The notes below the pieces were generated by a model that was not told the origin of the DNA, did not search any database, and saw nothing but the letters and a program-made list of their open reading frames with translations. The position numbers and the translations under genes are program-made. From Lingula anatina (taxonomy: Eukaryota; Animalia; Brachiopoda), in contig CM120647.1 in the NCBI GenBank assembly GCA_051362555.1, positions 5,704,001 through 5,768,000 of the forward strand: a stretch of DNA of 64,000 bases, written 5' to 3'. Of this stretch, positions 1 to 12,324 are shown in pieces (the first letter of the stretch is position 1; each line of letters begins with the position of its first letter).

Positions 1-364
1 TGAAAATAGTTTTTTAGTTGTTATCTGCTATCATTCTTTCTCCATTGCTAAAATCAGTAGGGTCCCTTTTCAGGACACCACTAAGATCTGTGAAAACTTC
101 TTGATATTTGCTCCATAAGGTACAGATACTGTCCTTAATAATTTGAATCTCCTCAACCTCCTTTAAGTCACAACAGTTAAAGTTCATAAGTTCAGTATCT
201 ATGTGGGCACTTAACTTGTCTAACTTGGTTGTAAATGGACTAATCTTTCTATTTAAGTTTCACAGTCAAGAACAACAAGAGATCTCCTCGGTAAGACCCT
301 TTATTCATTCTGTCTATTCTGCTGGAAGTCCAGCTTTTATATATTCTGTACAAGGAAATATTTT

Positions 365-467
365 GAATCTTAATTGTAACTTTCTCTTAACATGTATTGT
401 TGTCAAACATTAGTATTCCGAATCTTAATTGTAACTTTCTCTTAACATGTATTGTTGTCAAACATTA
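365..467. repeat. Tandem duplication of ~48 bp
   Basis: gaatcttaattgtaactttctcttaacatgtattgttgtcaaacatta occurs at 365 and 420. Confidence 0.9.
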
Positions 468-519
468 ATTATGCATAAGGTCACATGTATAGGACTACGT
501 AATAAGGTGCATGATAGGG

Positions 520-1044
520 CTTCCCCGGCGAGTTAGGTTTCGAGCCTCGAAACTATTATATTAACTTTAAAAAAAATTGTGGTCAATAATCTCCGTTAAA
601 ATAGAGTCCATTCCTACTGAACACAATTCAATGCACTACACTCCAATGTGATTTATGACAAATACAATCAAGTACAACAAGATATTATATGATACAATGC
701 AGTAATTATCATTCAACACATTACACTACGATACAATACACTATGAAAGACTATTAGATGATAGCTACTATCATAATATGTGACTAATTTATATCTAGAT
801 CAATACAAAGGAGGATCCCGAGACTGCTGGATTACAAAAAATTAAATATATATCTGGTACACACAATACACGTGGATCGAACGGTTAGAATCATATTTTG
901 TGGATAGGTATGTAATGAATGTAGCCATGGTGTAGGGCTACCAAATGGGTATCAAACCGTTTTTGGGTGATGTTTTTTAAGCTCCACTGAGGGATCCTCC
1001 TTTGTATTGATCTAGATATAAATAAACCTAACTCGCCGGGGAAG
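520..1044. repeat. Fold-back/inverted repeat with an interrupted left arm
   Basis: 520-540 pairs with 1024-1044, and 788-819 pairs with 991-1022. Confidence 0.8.
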
Positions 1045-1099
1045 GAATCAAAGTCGGGGGGCAACACAGGATCTGGGTGGAAAGGTTTCTAGCACGTCA

Positions 1100-2403
1100 A
1101 CTCAGGGTTTGGAATTTTCCTCGAGTACACAAATCGTAGCAATAGGCCTTCTCAACTCATGTTTAGAGGTCTTAACAACCATTCTTTCCATCTGTCTAGT
1201 ATGTCTGCTGGTAATGGTTCATCCCATGGATGTTTCTTCATCCATAATTCTTGTTGCATCATCTTGGCTAGGGTAATGAATGGAGATATGTAACCACAAG
1301 GGTCAAATATGGAAGCCATTGTGCTAACCATTCCCCCCTTGGTCAATATCGGATCTTTCAGCTTGCATTGAAATGTGAAGGTGTCGAGCTTAAGCTTCCA
1401 GTTAATGCCTAGAGTGCATTGCCGAGGGGCTGTTTCTGCTCTGTCTAAGTCTAGGCTCTGGATTGCCGTCTCAGTGCTGTCCATTGCAGCCAATACATCT
1501 GATTTGTTGGAGAGCCACTTGTGAAGTCTGAACCCACCTCTCTGTAGCAGATTTACCAATTCCTTGTGTTATGTCTTGTGCTTGTTTGCAAACCATGTGC
1601 ACTCTGTGTGGGTTATAGATTACTATATCTTTATACTCATCACTCAAGACCATGTGGACTGCCATCTTACTATCCTTTATTTCCTAAAGAGCCCTTGCCA
1701 CTAGTGTCGCCACTAGACAAGACATTAGACCTTGGATAATTTGATTGCTTGTGGTGCACTGTCTGTATTCCTGCGCAGCGTGTGCATCGTGTCCTTGGAC
1801 ATGGGTTAAATCTTCTTTGTTGGGGTTGTCCTCTGGGTCGCTGTGATGGACCTCTATATTGCCTGGTTTCTCTGCGGAATTGGGGTTTCCTACCACTGGC
1901 ACCCTTGACTACATGGACTGTTGTACTGGTCTCTCTTTGTTCTAATATAGTTTTGGATTCTATCTTTTGTTCGTGGAGATGTCAAGTCTTCTTTCCACAA
2001 TTTATCTCTTAGTTCTTTAGATTTTACTCCCACAGATATCTGCTTGCACAACTGGTTTTCTAGTGTTTCTCCATATTCACAGTACTTAGCAATTTCTCTC
2101 AGTCTTGATACGTAATCTGCTATCTTCACTATACAGAAATCTCAAGGAGTCAGCGTCTGCTGGCGGTACACGAACTTGCATAAACATTTGCTCTATATCT
2201 GCTACCATGGCTATCTCATACAATCGAAATCTCTGTATGACACGAAAAAGATGTAAGTCAGGGCCTGACAGCAGGGACTTGTTCAGAGATATGCCTCTAT
2301 ATGTAGCAGCTGTGTCGTATACAAGACGAAGCTTGTCTTTCTGGGGATTGCTTACAGCATGGTGAGGCAAGTACCAGGTCTGTTGGGGGTCTTGGCGCTT
2401 CAC
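1100..2403 (-). mobile_element. BEL/Pao LTR-retrotransposon pol remnants (RT, Pao peptidase/RNase H-like region, integrase tail), mixed with a Gypsy-like gag fragment
   Basis: YLPHHAV..KLRLVYD..DIEQMFMQV..LRFL (2086-2403); GFRLHKWLSN..TLGINW..SIFDPCG..WDEPLP (1152-1559); RPIATICVLE near 1110-1150; gag-like DYVSRLREIAKYCEYG (1890-2129). Confidence 0.85.
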
Positions 2404-2718
2404 GTCCTAAGCATTGCGAGGTATGGTGATAGCATCTGAGAGTTTGAGATCTTCTCCTTTGAGCTGTAAGTCATGTGATGCCTCCTTGTCTGGCAGCCCA
2501 GCTACTAGTCTTTCCCGTATTTGTCCATCCCACCACTGCCACCATGTGAGGTTACATTCTCTGACATGCGAATAACACAACAACGTGTTCAGGTTGGCGG
2601 AAACAGAAATGTAGTCCGTAACGATTCTTGTTTGGGTCTCCCCCGCATTTGTTTTGATGGAGTCCTTTTCCCGGGCTGCATTCTACTATTGACGTAAAAT
2701 GCTGTTACCCCTCCCCTG
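2400..2718 (-). mobile_element. Candidate LTR (~2545-2708) with PPT-like tract, PBS-like motif and a gag fragment
   Basis: Minus strand reads AGGGGAGGGG (~2718-2709), a ~160 bp segment ending in CA, TGGTGGCAGTGG (2544-2533), then QIRERLVAGLPDKEASHDLQLK. Confidence 0.5.
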
Positions 2719-2866
2719 AATTTGTAAGTTGTTCATTTTTTAATCTTTGCTGTGTCAATACCTTTACGTATTATATTAGATATCAGATTTCTATTTATCT
2801 TTGCTGATATGCTACAATGTGAAATTGTGGCACCAGTCCTCAGCAGGGGTTACAAACCACACAACT

Positions 2867-3321
2867 CTACTGCCCCGTGGACTCGGGCAGGAGCCTGTCC
2901 ACATAGAGGCATCTGGCATTCCTGGCTGTGATAGCTAGCACCTCCTGCCAGGTGCAACCCCAGATGGGTGCTATCACCGCCCCTGTCCACCTCAAGTCTG
3001 CTGGGGTCCCATGCTTGTTGGGCTTGCACAGGAAGTGTGGAGAGTCAGTCTCTAGCAAGACCCTGCTCTTATCCACCTGTGCCAGCGCCACTCTTCTACC
3101 AGGAACAGAGTCTGCGCGGGACTCTACCCCGAAATAGGTGTTCGGGTATATGCTTGGATCCACCACTGTAAGACACCCAGAGATCCCTGGAAAAGGTGTA
3201 GGTGTATGAGCTGATTACGACCCACTGGGATGCGCTGCAGGTGCATCAAGAGGGAGAACAGTGCATCGTCCTCACCTCCTGGCAGACCTCTGTGGTGCAG
3301 AACGAGAACCTTGTCCTCCAT
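2867..3321 (-). pseudogene. TatD-like deoxyribonuclease, C-terminal half, frameshifted
   Basis: LVLHHR..IHLHLFQGS (3124-3321) shifts frame into YFG..RVLLETDSPH..GTP..ITARNARCLY (2867-3166), which are TatD-family motifs; intronless. Confidence 0.8.
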
Positions 3322-3463
3322 GGCAGTGATTTTGATGTTAGATGGTTTTTAATTGCTTTAATCACAGTTTGGCATAATTTTCCTTTGTGATTAAGTTCCC
3401 ATCTGCGCCAGTAGCCACTTTACATGGAAAAGTCATACAGTTCTGTGCAGAGCTGATTTTAAG

Positions 3464-6462
3464 CCCAGACAGCCTCAGTGATCTGGCCCATGTCTGGCCC
3501 AGATCTGGCAACGTCTGGCAATGTCTGGCAAAAGGTATGGCCCACGTATGGCTTGCCACATGTGGGCTAGATGTGGCAATGTTTGGGCCAGATCTGGCCC
3601 AGACTTTGCCACATCTGGCCCAGTCCACATTTGCTCATGTGGCCAGATGTCGGCCCAGATCTGGCAATATCTGGCAAAGGTATGGCATGCCAGATGTGGG
3701 CCAGATGTGGGCCAGATCATATTCAAATGGGCCAGATTAGGGCCAGACTTGGACCACATATGGCCCAGATTGTTTTTTTTTATTATTTCACATTTGCTCA
3801 TGTGGCCAGATGTCGGCCCAGATCTGGCAATATCTGGCAAAGGTATGGCATGCCGGATGTGGACCAGAAGTGGGCCAGATTAGGGCCGGACATGGCCCAG
3901 ATTGTTTTTTTTTTTTTTTCTTTTTTTAAATTTTTTTAAAATATTAAATAAGATTACTATAAAAAAAGACATACAAGACTCAAGTATTTATTCTGTGCTA
4001 AAACCCTTAACAAAATTATTACACATTATATAACCTTGCTGGCAACTAACATGTAACAAATTAAGGGCCACTCCTTGTCTTTTTGTACAAAACAATGTAT
4101 GTTTGAAAAAAAAAAAAAAAACTACACTGCAAAAAGGCAAATATACAGACACTTAACAGGAGGAAATGTCACTTACATACATGTAAGGAAAACAGTTATA
4201 ACAACAATTTTTTTTCAACACAAAGCTGCTCATCGAATCTGAATTAACACAAATTACAAAAATTGTAATTAATTATGCATGTACATGGGGGGGGGGGGGG
4301 GAGGGGTTTGAGGGGGAAATATTTTTGCACACCTCAACCTATATAATATTATACATTGTCATTTTTAAACTAATTCAAACATATCATTAATAATAATAAT
4401 AATCACTTATGAATATAGTTTTGTAATGAATAAATCTTGAATAATGAATGAAAAAACATTGTCTTTTAGATGATGGAGAGTTATAACAAAATTATAAATA
4501 ACCATGCTGTAACTGTTTCAATTCAACTTGCATGATGGCTACAGTACTGTACATACATGTTAATTCTGAAAAAAAAATGTATACTCCAGCACAGATATAG
4601 ATCTACAATTAAAAGAGAATTACATGTGCACAAAAACAAACCCCAGTATCAATGCTTTTGAATTAAATCACATCACGAATCAAATCACTCAATGAATTGA
4701 ACCAGTTTGCAATGCTTGCGCTTTTTTCAAATCCATAACACTAAGAAATGATACTCCTTGACAAGCTTATAATTATTAAAGGAATCAACAATGGAACAAG
4801 TAACTCTACCAAGTTAACAACAGTTCATTCAAATGTCAAGTCAAAACACAACATCCCTTCCTTTCTTGGAGAGAAACGGTCCTTTCAAAACATGTTAATT
4901 GACAGTTCAGTCTTTAAAATGTCTTTTCAAACATTTGCAGAATAGCATATGAACTCCAACTTTTATTCCTTAAACCACACTGAAAATTCTCAAAACTAAT
5001 CAACTCATATCAAATCCCATGTCCTTTCACTAATACTGGTCTCTTCTTTTGCTTGCCTTTATGTCACATTCAAATGTTCCCTTCACTTTTAAAGGTTTCT
5101 CAGACGTGTATGAATAATACTGTTTGTTTTCTGGTCCTCCACAAGAGCCACATTTATTTTTCTTGGATTTCAGCATTCTCCATGTATTTTCATCAATGAT
5201 ATTACAATATGCACCTGAATCTGGTAATACACTGAGATTAACACCTCCTCTATTTCCTCCATGTCTTCTGTGTATATTGCATTGGTTCCCACACCAAATG
5301 TATATGCACTCCTGGATTATCATGTTCAAAGCTGTCATTTACATGAATAATAGTTTCAGTTTTGCAGACTTTTGCAAAGTGATCCAACGTTCCATGTTTT
5401 CTCAGTCAGGGAGTTTCTACTTCGTTTTTCATGTCTAAACTCGTAATGTTTAGACTGGCTTGGTTTGTCAAATGACTTCGGTTTCATCATACTCACAGTT
5501 TCTGGTGTTCCAATTTCATTCAAAGCGTTAACTGTCTTATGTATATTCATGTTTCTAACCTGTGTTTGGGAGTCCTGAAAATATCTTGTACACCTGTCCC
5601 TGCTGAATACAACACAAGCGCGCGTCTCCTCTGTCATGTATTTTTAATTTTCTATCTTTGTTCATTATTCATGCCGTCCGTTGGTTTTGAAAAGATCAAT
5701 CTTTTCCGTCAGCGAAGAGGTTAAAACTGTCAAGCCATCGCGTCGAGCGTGACCCTAATGTCTCCGGACTTCTGTACGGTTCGAATTCTGTAATTTCACA
5801 TTTTTCCTCCATTTTTTCAAAGAAAGTTGGCTCACAGTTTTGCACTAGTGTTAATCCTCGTCGCCAGTGTTGATGCCTTCGAAATAAATCGCATCACGAA
5901 TCAAATCACTCAACGAATTGTATCAGTTTGATACGCTTGTGCTTTTTTCATATCCACAACTCTAAGAAACGCTACATCCGGGTCCTTGATCGGCTTAGCA
6001 TAAAAAGCGGAATCTTACAACAGCGGAACGAGTAGTTCAAAAAAGTTTTAGAACAGTGAATTAATTCAAATGTCAAGTCAAATTAAACAAATAGCACACT
6101 TATGAGGGGACTTTGAAGAAAAGAGAGAGAGATCAATTAAATCAAAATTTATCAAATGACGTCAGTTCAATGCATTCAGCTCACTGGTCAATAAAAAATA
6201 AATAAATAGAAAATAAAAATTGAAAATGAAAGTACCATATCTGGCCCAAGTCTGGGCAGCATCTGGCAAAATGTGGCATAAATGCCAGACTTTGCCAGAC
6301 TTGGCCCAGATCTGGCAAGTGTCTGGCAAAATGTGGCATAAATGCCAGACTTTGCCAGACTTGGCCCAGATCTGGCAAGTGTCTGGCAAAATCTGGCCCA
6401 GATATTGCCAGACGTTGCCAGATCTGGGCCAGACATGGGCCAGATCACTGAGGCTGTCTGGG
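3464..6462. mobile_element. Non-autonomous CMC/EnSpm-like DNA transposon
   Basis: Long TIR CCCAGACAGCCTCAGTGATCTGGCCCATG... at both ends; 2-bp TSD AG (3462-63 and 6463-64); subterminal arrays of GCCAGA/GGCCCAGATCTGGC motifs (3464-3900, 6240-6462). Confidence 0.85.
4647..6089 (-). mobile_element. Internally deleted Gypsy element nested in the EnSpm-like element
   Basis: Diverged LTRs at ~4647-4853 and ~5868-6089; PBS TGGCGACGAGGAT at 5866-5854; PPT at 4854-4870; protease remnant LPDSGAYCNII (5030-5338). Confidence 0.8.
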
Positions 6463-6970
6463 AGGTTAATAAAAGCATGTTTGCTTTCAATGTTGCCCAT
6501 GTTGATTTGGCTAAAATACAGCACATTTTTTTCTTCTGGGTTGTAGTCCCCTTCACTACAGGCCTGCACTCTATGCATCTTTTGCCTAAGAGTGGTTGTG
6601 TGTAAGTTGGACCAGCATGTTTCCCTGTTGCTTGGTAGAATGTTTGTGCTCTGAGCGACAACACTTTATCCAGTGGTTGAATTTGCCACAAGCAAAACAT
6701 GTTGAGCCATATGCAGGGCACAGCTCTCTCTTGCTACGGTCGTGCTTTGTTTCGCAATTGCTGCAAGAATTTTCTATGGTTGGGTGAGACTTAGGGGCCA
6801 TCGTAGATGCCTCTTTCTTCTTACACTCAAAGTCAATAGGGAGGTTTAGCAAATGACGAACAACGAAGACGAAGTACCAAAACTAGGTTCGTACGTCATT
6901 AGTCGTAGCGGCTGTTTCGCAAACGCCGAACAACGAATACGAAAACTATAGAGGTCGCTTGTGTGACAAG

Positions 6971-8026
6971 ATGGCTTCCATTATTGATTTGGTGGTACAG
7001 GCGCTTCTTTTTGACGCTGATTGTGATGACATTTTACCGTTTTTATGTGAAGAATCTAAATCTACGTATACGACATATACTAGAGAAAATGTGTTTACTA
7101 TTGATGATTTAACTAGTGATCAGTGCAGAGCATATTTTCGCTTCCATAAGCAAGACATATACAGAATAGTCAATGCCATGGGGTTTCCGGAGAATTTTGT
7201 CCTTCCAAATCGTTCAGTCGTAGACAGAATAACAGCCTTCTGCATCTTCCTCGCCAGACTGGCATATCCCAATCATCTAATTTCGCTGGAGCACTTCTTT
7301 AAGCGCCACAAATCTGTCATCTCAATGACTATTACAGCAGTGCTAAACTTCATATATGACAATTTTAATCATAAAATAACTGACATTGCATGGGTTAGCA
7401 ACAGATTTCAAGAATTTGCAGATGCAATTCACAACAAAGTGGCGCCTCTGAAAAATTGCGTCGGATTCGTGGACGGGACAGTGCGGCCGTTGTGTAGGCC
7501 AACATTTTTTCAGCGTGTCTGCTACAATGGTCACAAGCGTGTTCATGCCATCAAATTTCAATCCATTGTCATGCCAGACGGGTTGATTGCGAATCTGTTT
7601 GGGCCCGTGGAATTAAGACGCCACGATTGCTTCATGCTGACCCTTAGTGGCATTCTAGAGGACTTTGAGAGGGGCCAGTGGATGGATCGAGATGGCGACC
7701 CATTCAGTATATATGGGGATCCAGCATACCCTCTTAGAGACTTTCTCATACCCCCATACCGCACAGCAAATCTGACACCTCAGCAAGAGCTCTTCAATGC
7801 TGAAATGTCATCCGTGAGGGAGTGTGTTGAAGGGCAATTTGGAAAATTGATACAGCAGTTTGCATATCTAGATTACAAGAAAAATTTGAAATTATTTCTA
7901 CAGCCTGTTGGAAAATTATATTTGGTAGGGGGGATACTTGTAAACTGCCACACATGTTTATATGGATCACAAACATCCGACTACTTTAATGTAGACCCCC
8001 CACAGCTAGAAGACTACCTTAATTAG
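6971..8026 (+). CDS. Harbinger (HARBI1-like, DDE_Tnp_4) transposase with an open frame
   Basis: GFVDGT, YNGHKRVH, RRHD, IYGDPAY and SSVRECVE motifs; N-terminal FRF/HTH region; ATG at 6971. Confidence 0.92.
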   Translation: MASIIDLVVQALLFDADCDDILPFLCEESKSTYTTYTRENVFTIDDLTSDQCRAYFRFHKQDIYRIVNAMGFPENFVLPNRSVVDRITAFCIFLARLAYPNHLISLEHFFKRHKSVISMTITAVLNFIYDNFNHKITDIAWVSNRFQEFADAIHNKVAPLKNCVGFVDGTVRPLCRPTFFQRVCYNGHKRVHAIKFQSIVMPDGLIANLFGPVELRRHDCFMLTLSGILEDFERGQWMDRDGDPFSIYGDPAYPLRDFLIPPYRTANLTPQQELFNAEMSSVRECVEGQFGKLIQQFAYLDYKKNLKLFLQPVGKLYLVGGILVNCHTCLYGSQTSDYFNVDPPQLEDYLN

Positions 8027-8615
8027 CTAAGCCTGAAACATGGGACTAATTTCCTTGCCAAAACTTATGAAATTTATTTCCTGTCATAGTTTGAGATTTA
8101 GTTTTCAATCTTAGTATGGTGAATTGAGTATTTTAAGATGTTGGATTTTCTATTCCTAAGATTTAATACTTTGTAGGATTAGCTGTAAAAATTGAATTTC
8201 ATTTTGGGCTACATTTTCAACTTCATTCATATGAGGCACACTTTGCACTTGTAATTGAAACATTTCAGGAGTACATAAAAAGTTTTACATAAATAAAATC
8301 AGATATAACAATAAGGTGATCTTGGTCCCAAGAGTTTTTATTGTTAGATGAAGGTTCAAGAACAGAAAATAAAATAACAAAATGCACCAGTTTAACCAGA
8401 AGGTCATCTTAACCTTATGTCACTGTCTGTCAGACAAGGGACCGTGCAAAACATCAAAATTTAACATGTTAAACAGTCACTTACACTGTTTGATAATTAG
8501 ATGTCCATATGGAAAATTAAACAAGGCAGCAATGTACAGACACACTTATGCCAAAGAAAGTGAGTAACAATATGCATAAAACACCTGTGTGTTCAGACAA
8601 AAAAAATAACTTTAT

Positions 8616-9279
8616 TTAGTCAGTTTTTATTTTTTTAAGAACAGATTGCATGATCTCAGTTTTTATTTTTTTAAGAACAGATTGCATGATCTCAAACATT
8701 TGCAGCTGCTGGTTTCTCTGCATTTCCATTTGCTCTCTCTGGAGCTTCAACTCCTCTTCCCTCAGCTTGCTGTCTCGCTCTGACTTTTCCTTTAAGAAAG
8801 TAAGTAGTTCTTGACTTTCTTTACTTGATTTTCTCTTCCTGCTTCCTTCTCTTCCTGCATCAGTTTCACCTAAAAAAGATTTTTTTTACAAAACACAGTT
8901 ATGATAATTACTATTCAAATCCTCAATGCCATATTCAATTATCAAATTTTAAATATGTATGCCTTAAACCATCTCAGATGAAATTAATGAAAGCATTCAA
9001 AAGTGGTATCATTTATCAGAACTGTCAAAATAAATACTATAATTATTTATTGCCATAGAATTATATTTTATATTATACTTACTGTCATCAAAAGAAGACA
9101 TCGCTAGGTCCCTTACTAAAGCCCCTTTTGCCTCGGTGACAGCCTTCTTCTCAGACTTTGCTTTCCTTTCTACTTGGTCTACATCTTCCATCAATACGAT
9201 CCAGTCTGTTAAAAGCCTGCTGAGTTCACTTTCTTCAGTCTCTTCTACACCACTTCTAACAGAAAAAAAAGGAATATAT

Positions 9280-9319
<40 letters not shown>

Positions 9320-12300
9320 CATTTTGGAGATATGACAAAGGGTACTGAAAACAAAAAATAAAAGCAAATTAATAAATAGCAAGTTTAAATGGATTTTGCA
9401 AAGCAAAAAAAAGAAAAAAACACAATAGAATGTCACAAAAAGCAAACATCAAGGAAGATTCAATATAAACTCGTGCTTTTTGTGACTTTTCCTCATGTTC
9501 TTTGTGCATTTTTAATAAATGCTTCGCACGTTCCTTTGTCTGGCGAACAGTTACGCTTTTTCCTTGGCCTTTCTGTTTAAGCAATAAGGTCGCGCGTCAA
9601 GGTTATTTTCAGTTGCACCCTGGATTACGCACGCTTGCTCCGCAAGGTGTCGCCTGTGGTGGGGGGCATCACAGCCCATATGGTTACTGTGGCGAAGGTG
9701 ACAGGTACTTCCAAACATTTTTTTTCATAACTGTCATTTTTCCTTATTCTATTCATGAATTTGATATTTACGGCAATTGAAAATATGGCAGCGGCAAAAG
9801 TGAATCTAGGTGCGTTGACAGGCCGCACAGGTGTCCCCAATTAACCGCCGCCAGAGAAGAGACCCCAAGCATTAAACAACACAACCGGTAGATATTGGAA
9901 ATTTGGAGAAAGTTAAGCAACTGAGGCTTTATTAGATTTGGACAGAAATCGGGGGTAATGCCCAGTGACATGCCAAACCCCCTAAGTTCAAGTCTTGGCC
10001 CTTGACACCTGTAACGCACCCCTTAGTCAAGAATCTGAACAAATCAATGTTGGGCAGGTACAGGGTATACTCTATTTTCTACAGGTGTTTTGTGATTTTA
10101 TCAACTTGATTGTCAAGTGCCAGACCTTTTGTTCTCAGGTACTAGTAGCAAACTTTATCAGATAACAATCTGACACTAACCAAGCTGCACTAACAGCGCT
10201 GTAAACCCAGTTATCAATGCTGTCATCTTTACCTGTATCTTTACCGGTATTATGCCAGTGGTACTGTTTGATACATTTGAGTAAGGAAATATGCTTTTAT
10301 GCTTACATTCATTTGTAATACGTTAGCATCAACCTGTTAATAAAAACTTGGAAACTTTCAATGTTATTACACAATAACAGTATAATGATGGGAGATGTTA
10401 TGATTAAATGCTTAGAAGAATAATAAAAACAAATTATGTGAAACATAAAATGAATTGATTTTATTTGGGTTATTTATTTATTTATTTATTTCAAACCAAT
10501 TAATTATCAAACATGAAGCTTATTTTAAGAAACATTCGCAGATATATGAAATATAACCCTGCTGGTACACAGATCTACAGTTCTAAAATGCAAATACCAA
10601 GTACCTTTCACACACCACTGATGAGATGTGAATAATCATATGTATAAGGTAGTAAAAATATCACAAAATGTGTGTAAGCAAGGTATTTCTACAAGTAACC
10701 TCATTAATCAGTCAGGAAACTTCATAATGCACCCAATAAATGTAGAAATTTGAGCCAGAGAAATTCTACATCCAGGCGTGACAGATTTACCATATATTGC
10801 CATCAACCCTTAACTGAATGGGCATAGAAAGAACAAAGTGAGTCTCCCTCCCATTAAAAATGAGAAATAAAAATAAATAAATAAATAACAGATACTGTCA
10901 TTCTTAATACTGAAAAACAATGGCACATTGCAGCCTTCACTGCCTCACTCTTTGCAGACAATGTTCTAGTCACTGTAACTGTGTTCTTTTGATGAGGCAT
11001 AGATGCAAGAATAACTTCTTTGAAGTATATTGTGAAGGTCTCTTTTGTCATAAATCTGCCATGTATAACCTGAATGAACATATTGCAATTCACACCGCAG
11101 CAGCTTGTCTTAGTAAGGACTCAACCAGTTTGAAAACTTGTGGCATAGCTTCAGGATCAAGATCACACCATCTATCCTTGCTGTGATGATGGATCTACTA
11201 GTACATTATCTATGTCTTGTCCTCCTAGTTTCTCTAATACCATTTCCTCTGATCTATATGCTCACATCAATCTCTACAACTTTACCAACTGCTACACAGT
11301 TTTTACATCTGAAAGTATAAAGCAAAAATTGTAATAATGCACTATCAATTTACTTGTTAGATATTGATTCGAGGGCAAGAGAAAAATGCAGAAACCTCAT
11401 ATGATAATCAAGATAATTGAAAATCAAATATGCATAATCAAATTAATAGCTTTAATTGTACATACTACTGATGATTTAATCTTTTAAACTTCAGCATAAA
11501 TTTCTCTTGTTAAAGCATAGACACTTTATTAAAATGTGCTTGAACAAATAATAATAATAATAAACAACCTGCACACAAGATAGAACATGGAGGTCAATTG
11601 CCACAAAATAAGTTGATTTGTACTTGGTAGCCTGAGAAATAATATCAGGTATTAATTTGAGCAGTAAATTGAGTAATAATACCACAGAGTTAACAATGAC
11701 ACAAGCATATGGTGTTGTGTAACAAAATTCATGCATTACTTGCTGTGGCAGTGTCCTCCCCAACCTATCGTGCACCGCAGGTTTTGATTTTCAATGTCAT
11801 CAAAAATGTTTATTGTTGTTAGTTTGATTTACGTATCTGCTATTCAAATAATATCGTGTGGAAAATAACTAACTCATTTAATTATGCTTTTGCAACATGA
11901 AATCATCATTAACTTTGCCGGTTCACGTGTATACAGTACCTTGCTATCAGTGCTGCTCTTTTCTCCCTAACTCGTCACTGACAGGCTAACCACATCGTTT
12001 CATAACAACGCTGGTATGCTCCTTTACTTTTGGTGTTGGCAGTTTCGCCCTGGGGACATCGTTTTTGGTTAAAAACAACGTATCGTTTTCACCCATCTAT
12101 ACATTGCTCCTGTACAAAATGGCCGCTTGCTGCCCCCCCAAGGGAAAAATCGTAGCACGTGGGTAGTTACACAAGACCTGTGACGTATAACGCGCGCAAG
12201 GTTATTCATTCATCATTTCTGTAACTTTCATCCAATCCCCTTTCCCCCTGCCACAGTCAATCTTGTTGGATACCACTATCCGCATCATTGCCGTGTCAAG

Positions 12301-12324
12301 TTCTGTGTTATACTGAGCAGACAT
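8616..12324 (-). pseudogene. Harbinger ORF2 Myb/SANT-like DNA-binding protein, spliced and disrupted by an insertion
   Basis: MSAQYNTELDTAMMRIVV..WMKVTEMMNE (12324-12205) continues in frame as TLLLKQKG..RQTKERAKHLL (from 9590), then SGVEETEESELSRLL (~9255-9080) and a coiled-coil LLTFLKEK..REEELKLQREQ (~8870-8616); one donor site is not resolved. Confidence 0.75.
9591..12204. mobile_element. Unclassified 2.6 kb insertion, possibly Crypton-like and non-autonomous
   Basis: Removing it restores the ORF2 frame; both ends carry CGCGCG(T)CAAGGTTA in direct orientation plus weak inverted similarity; no clear TSD and no recognisable ORF. Confidence 0.55.

Noticed and set aside
3362-3939. Cluster of overlapping ORFs (WARSGPDL...), repeated at 6162-6721
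   Set aside because: Artefacts of the stop-poor subterminal repeats of the EnSpm-like element
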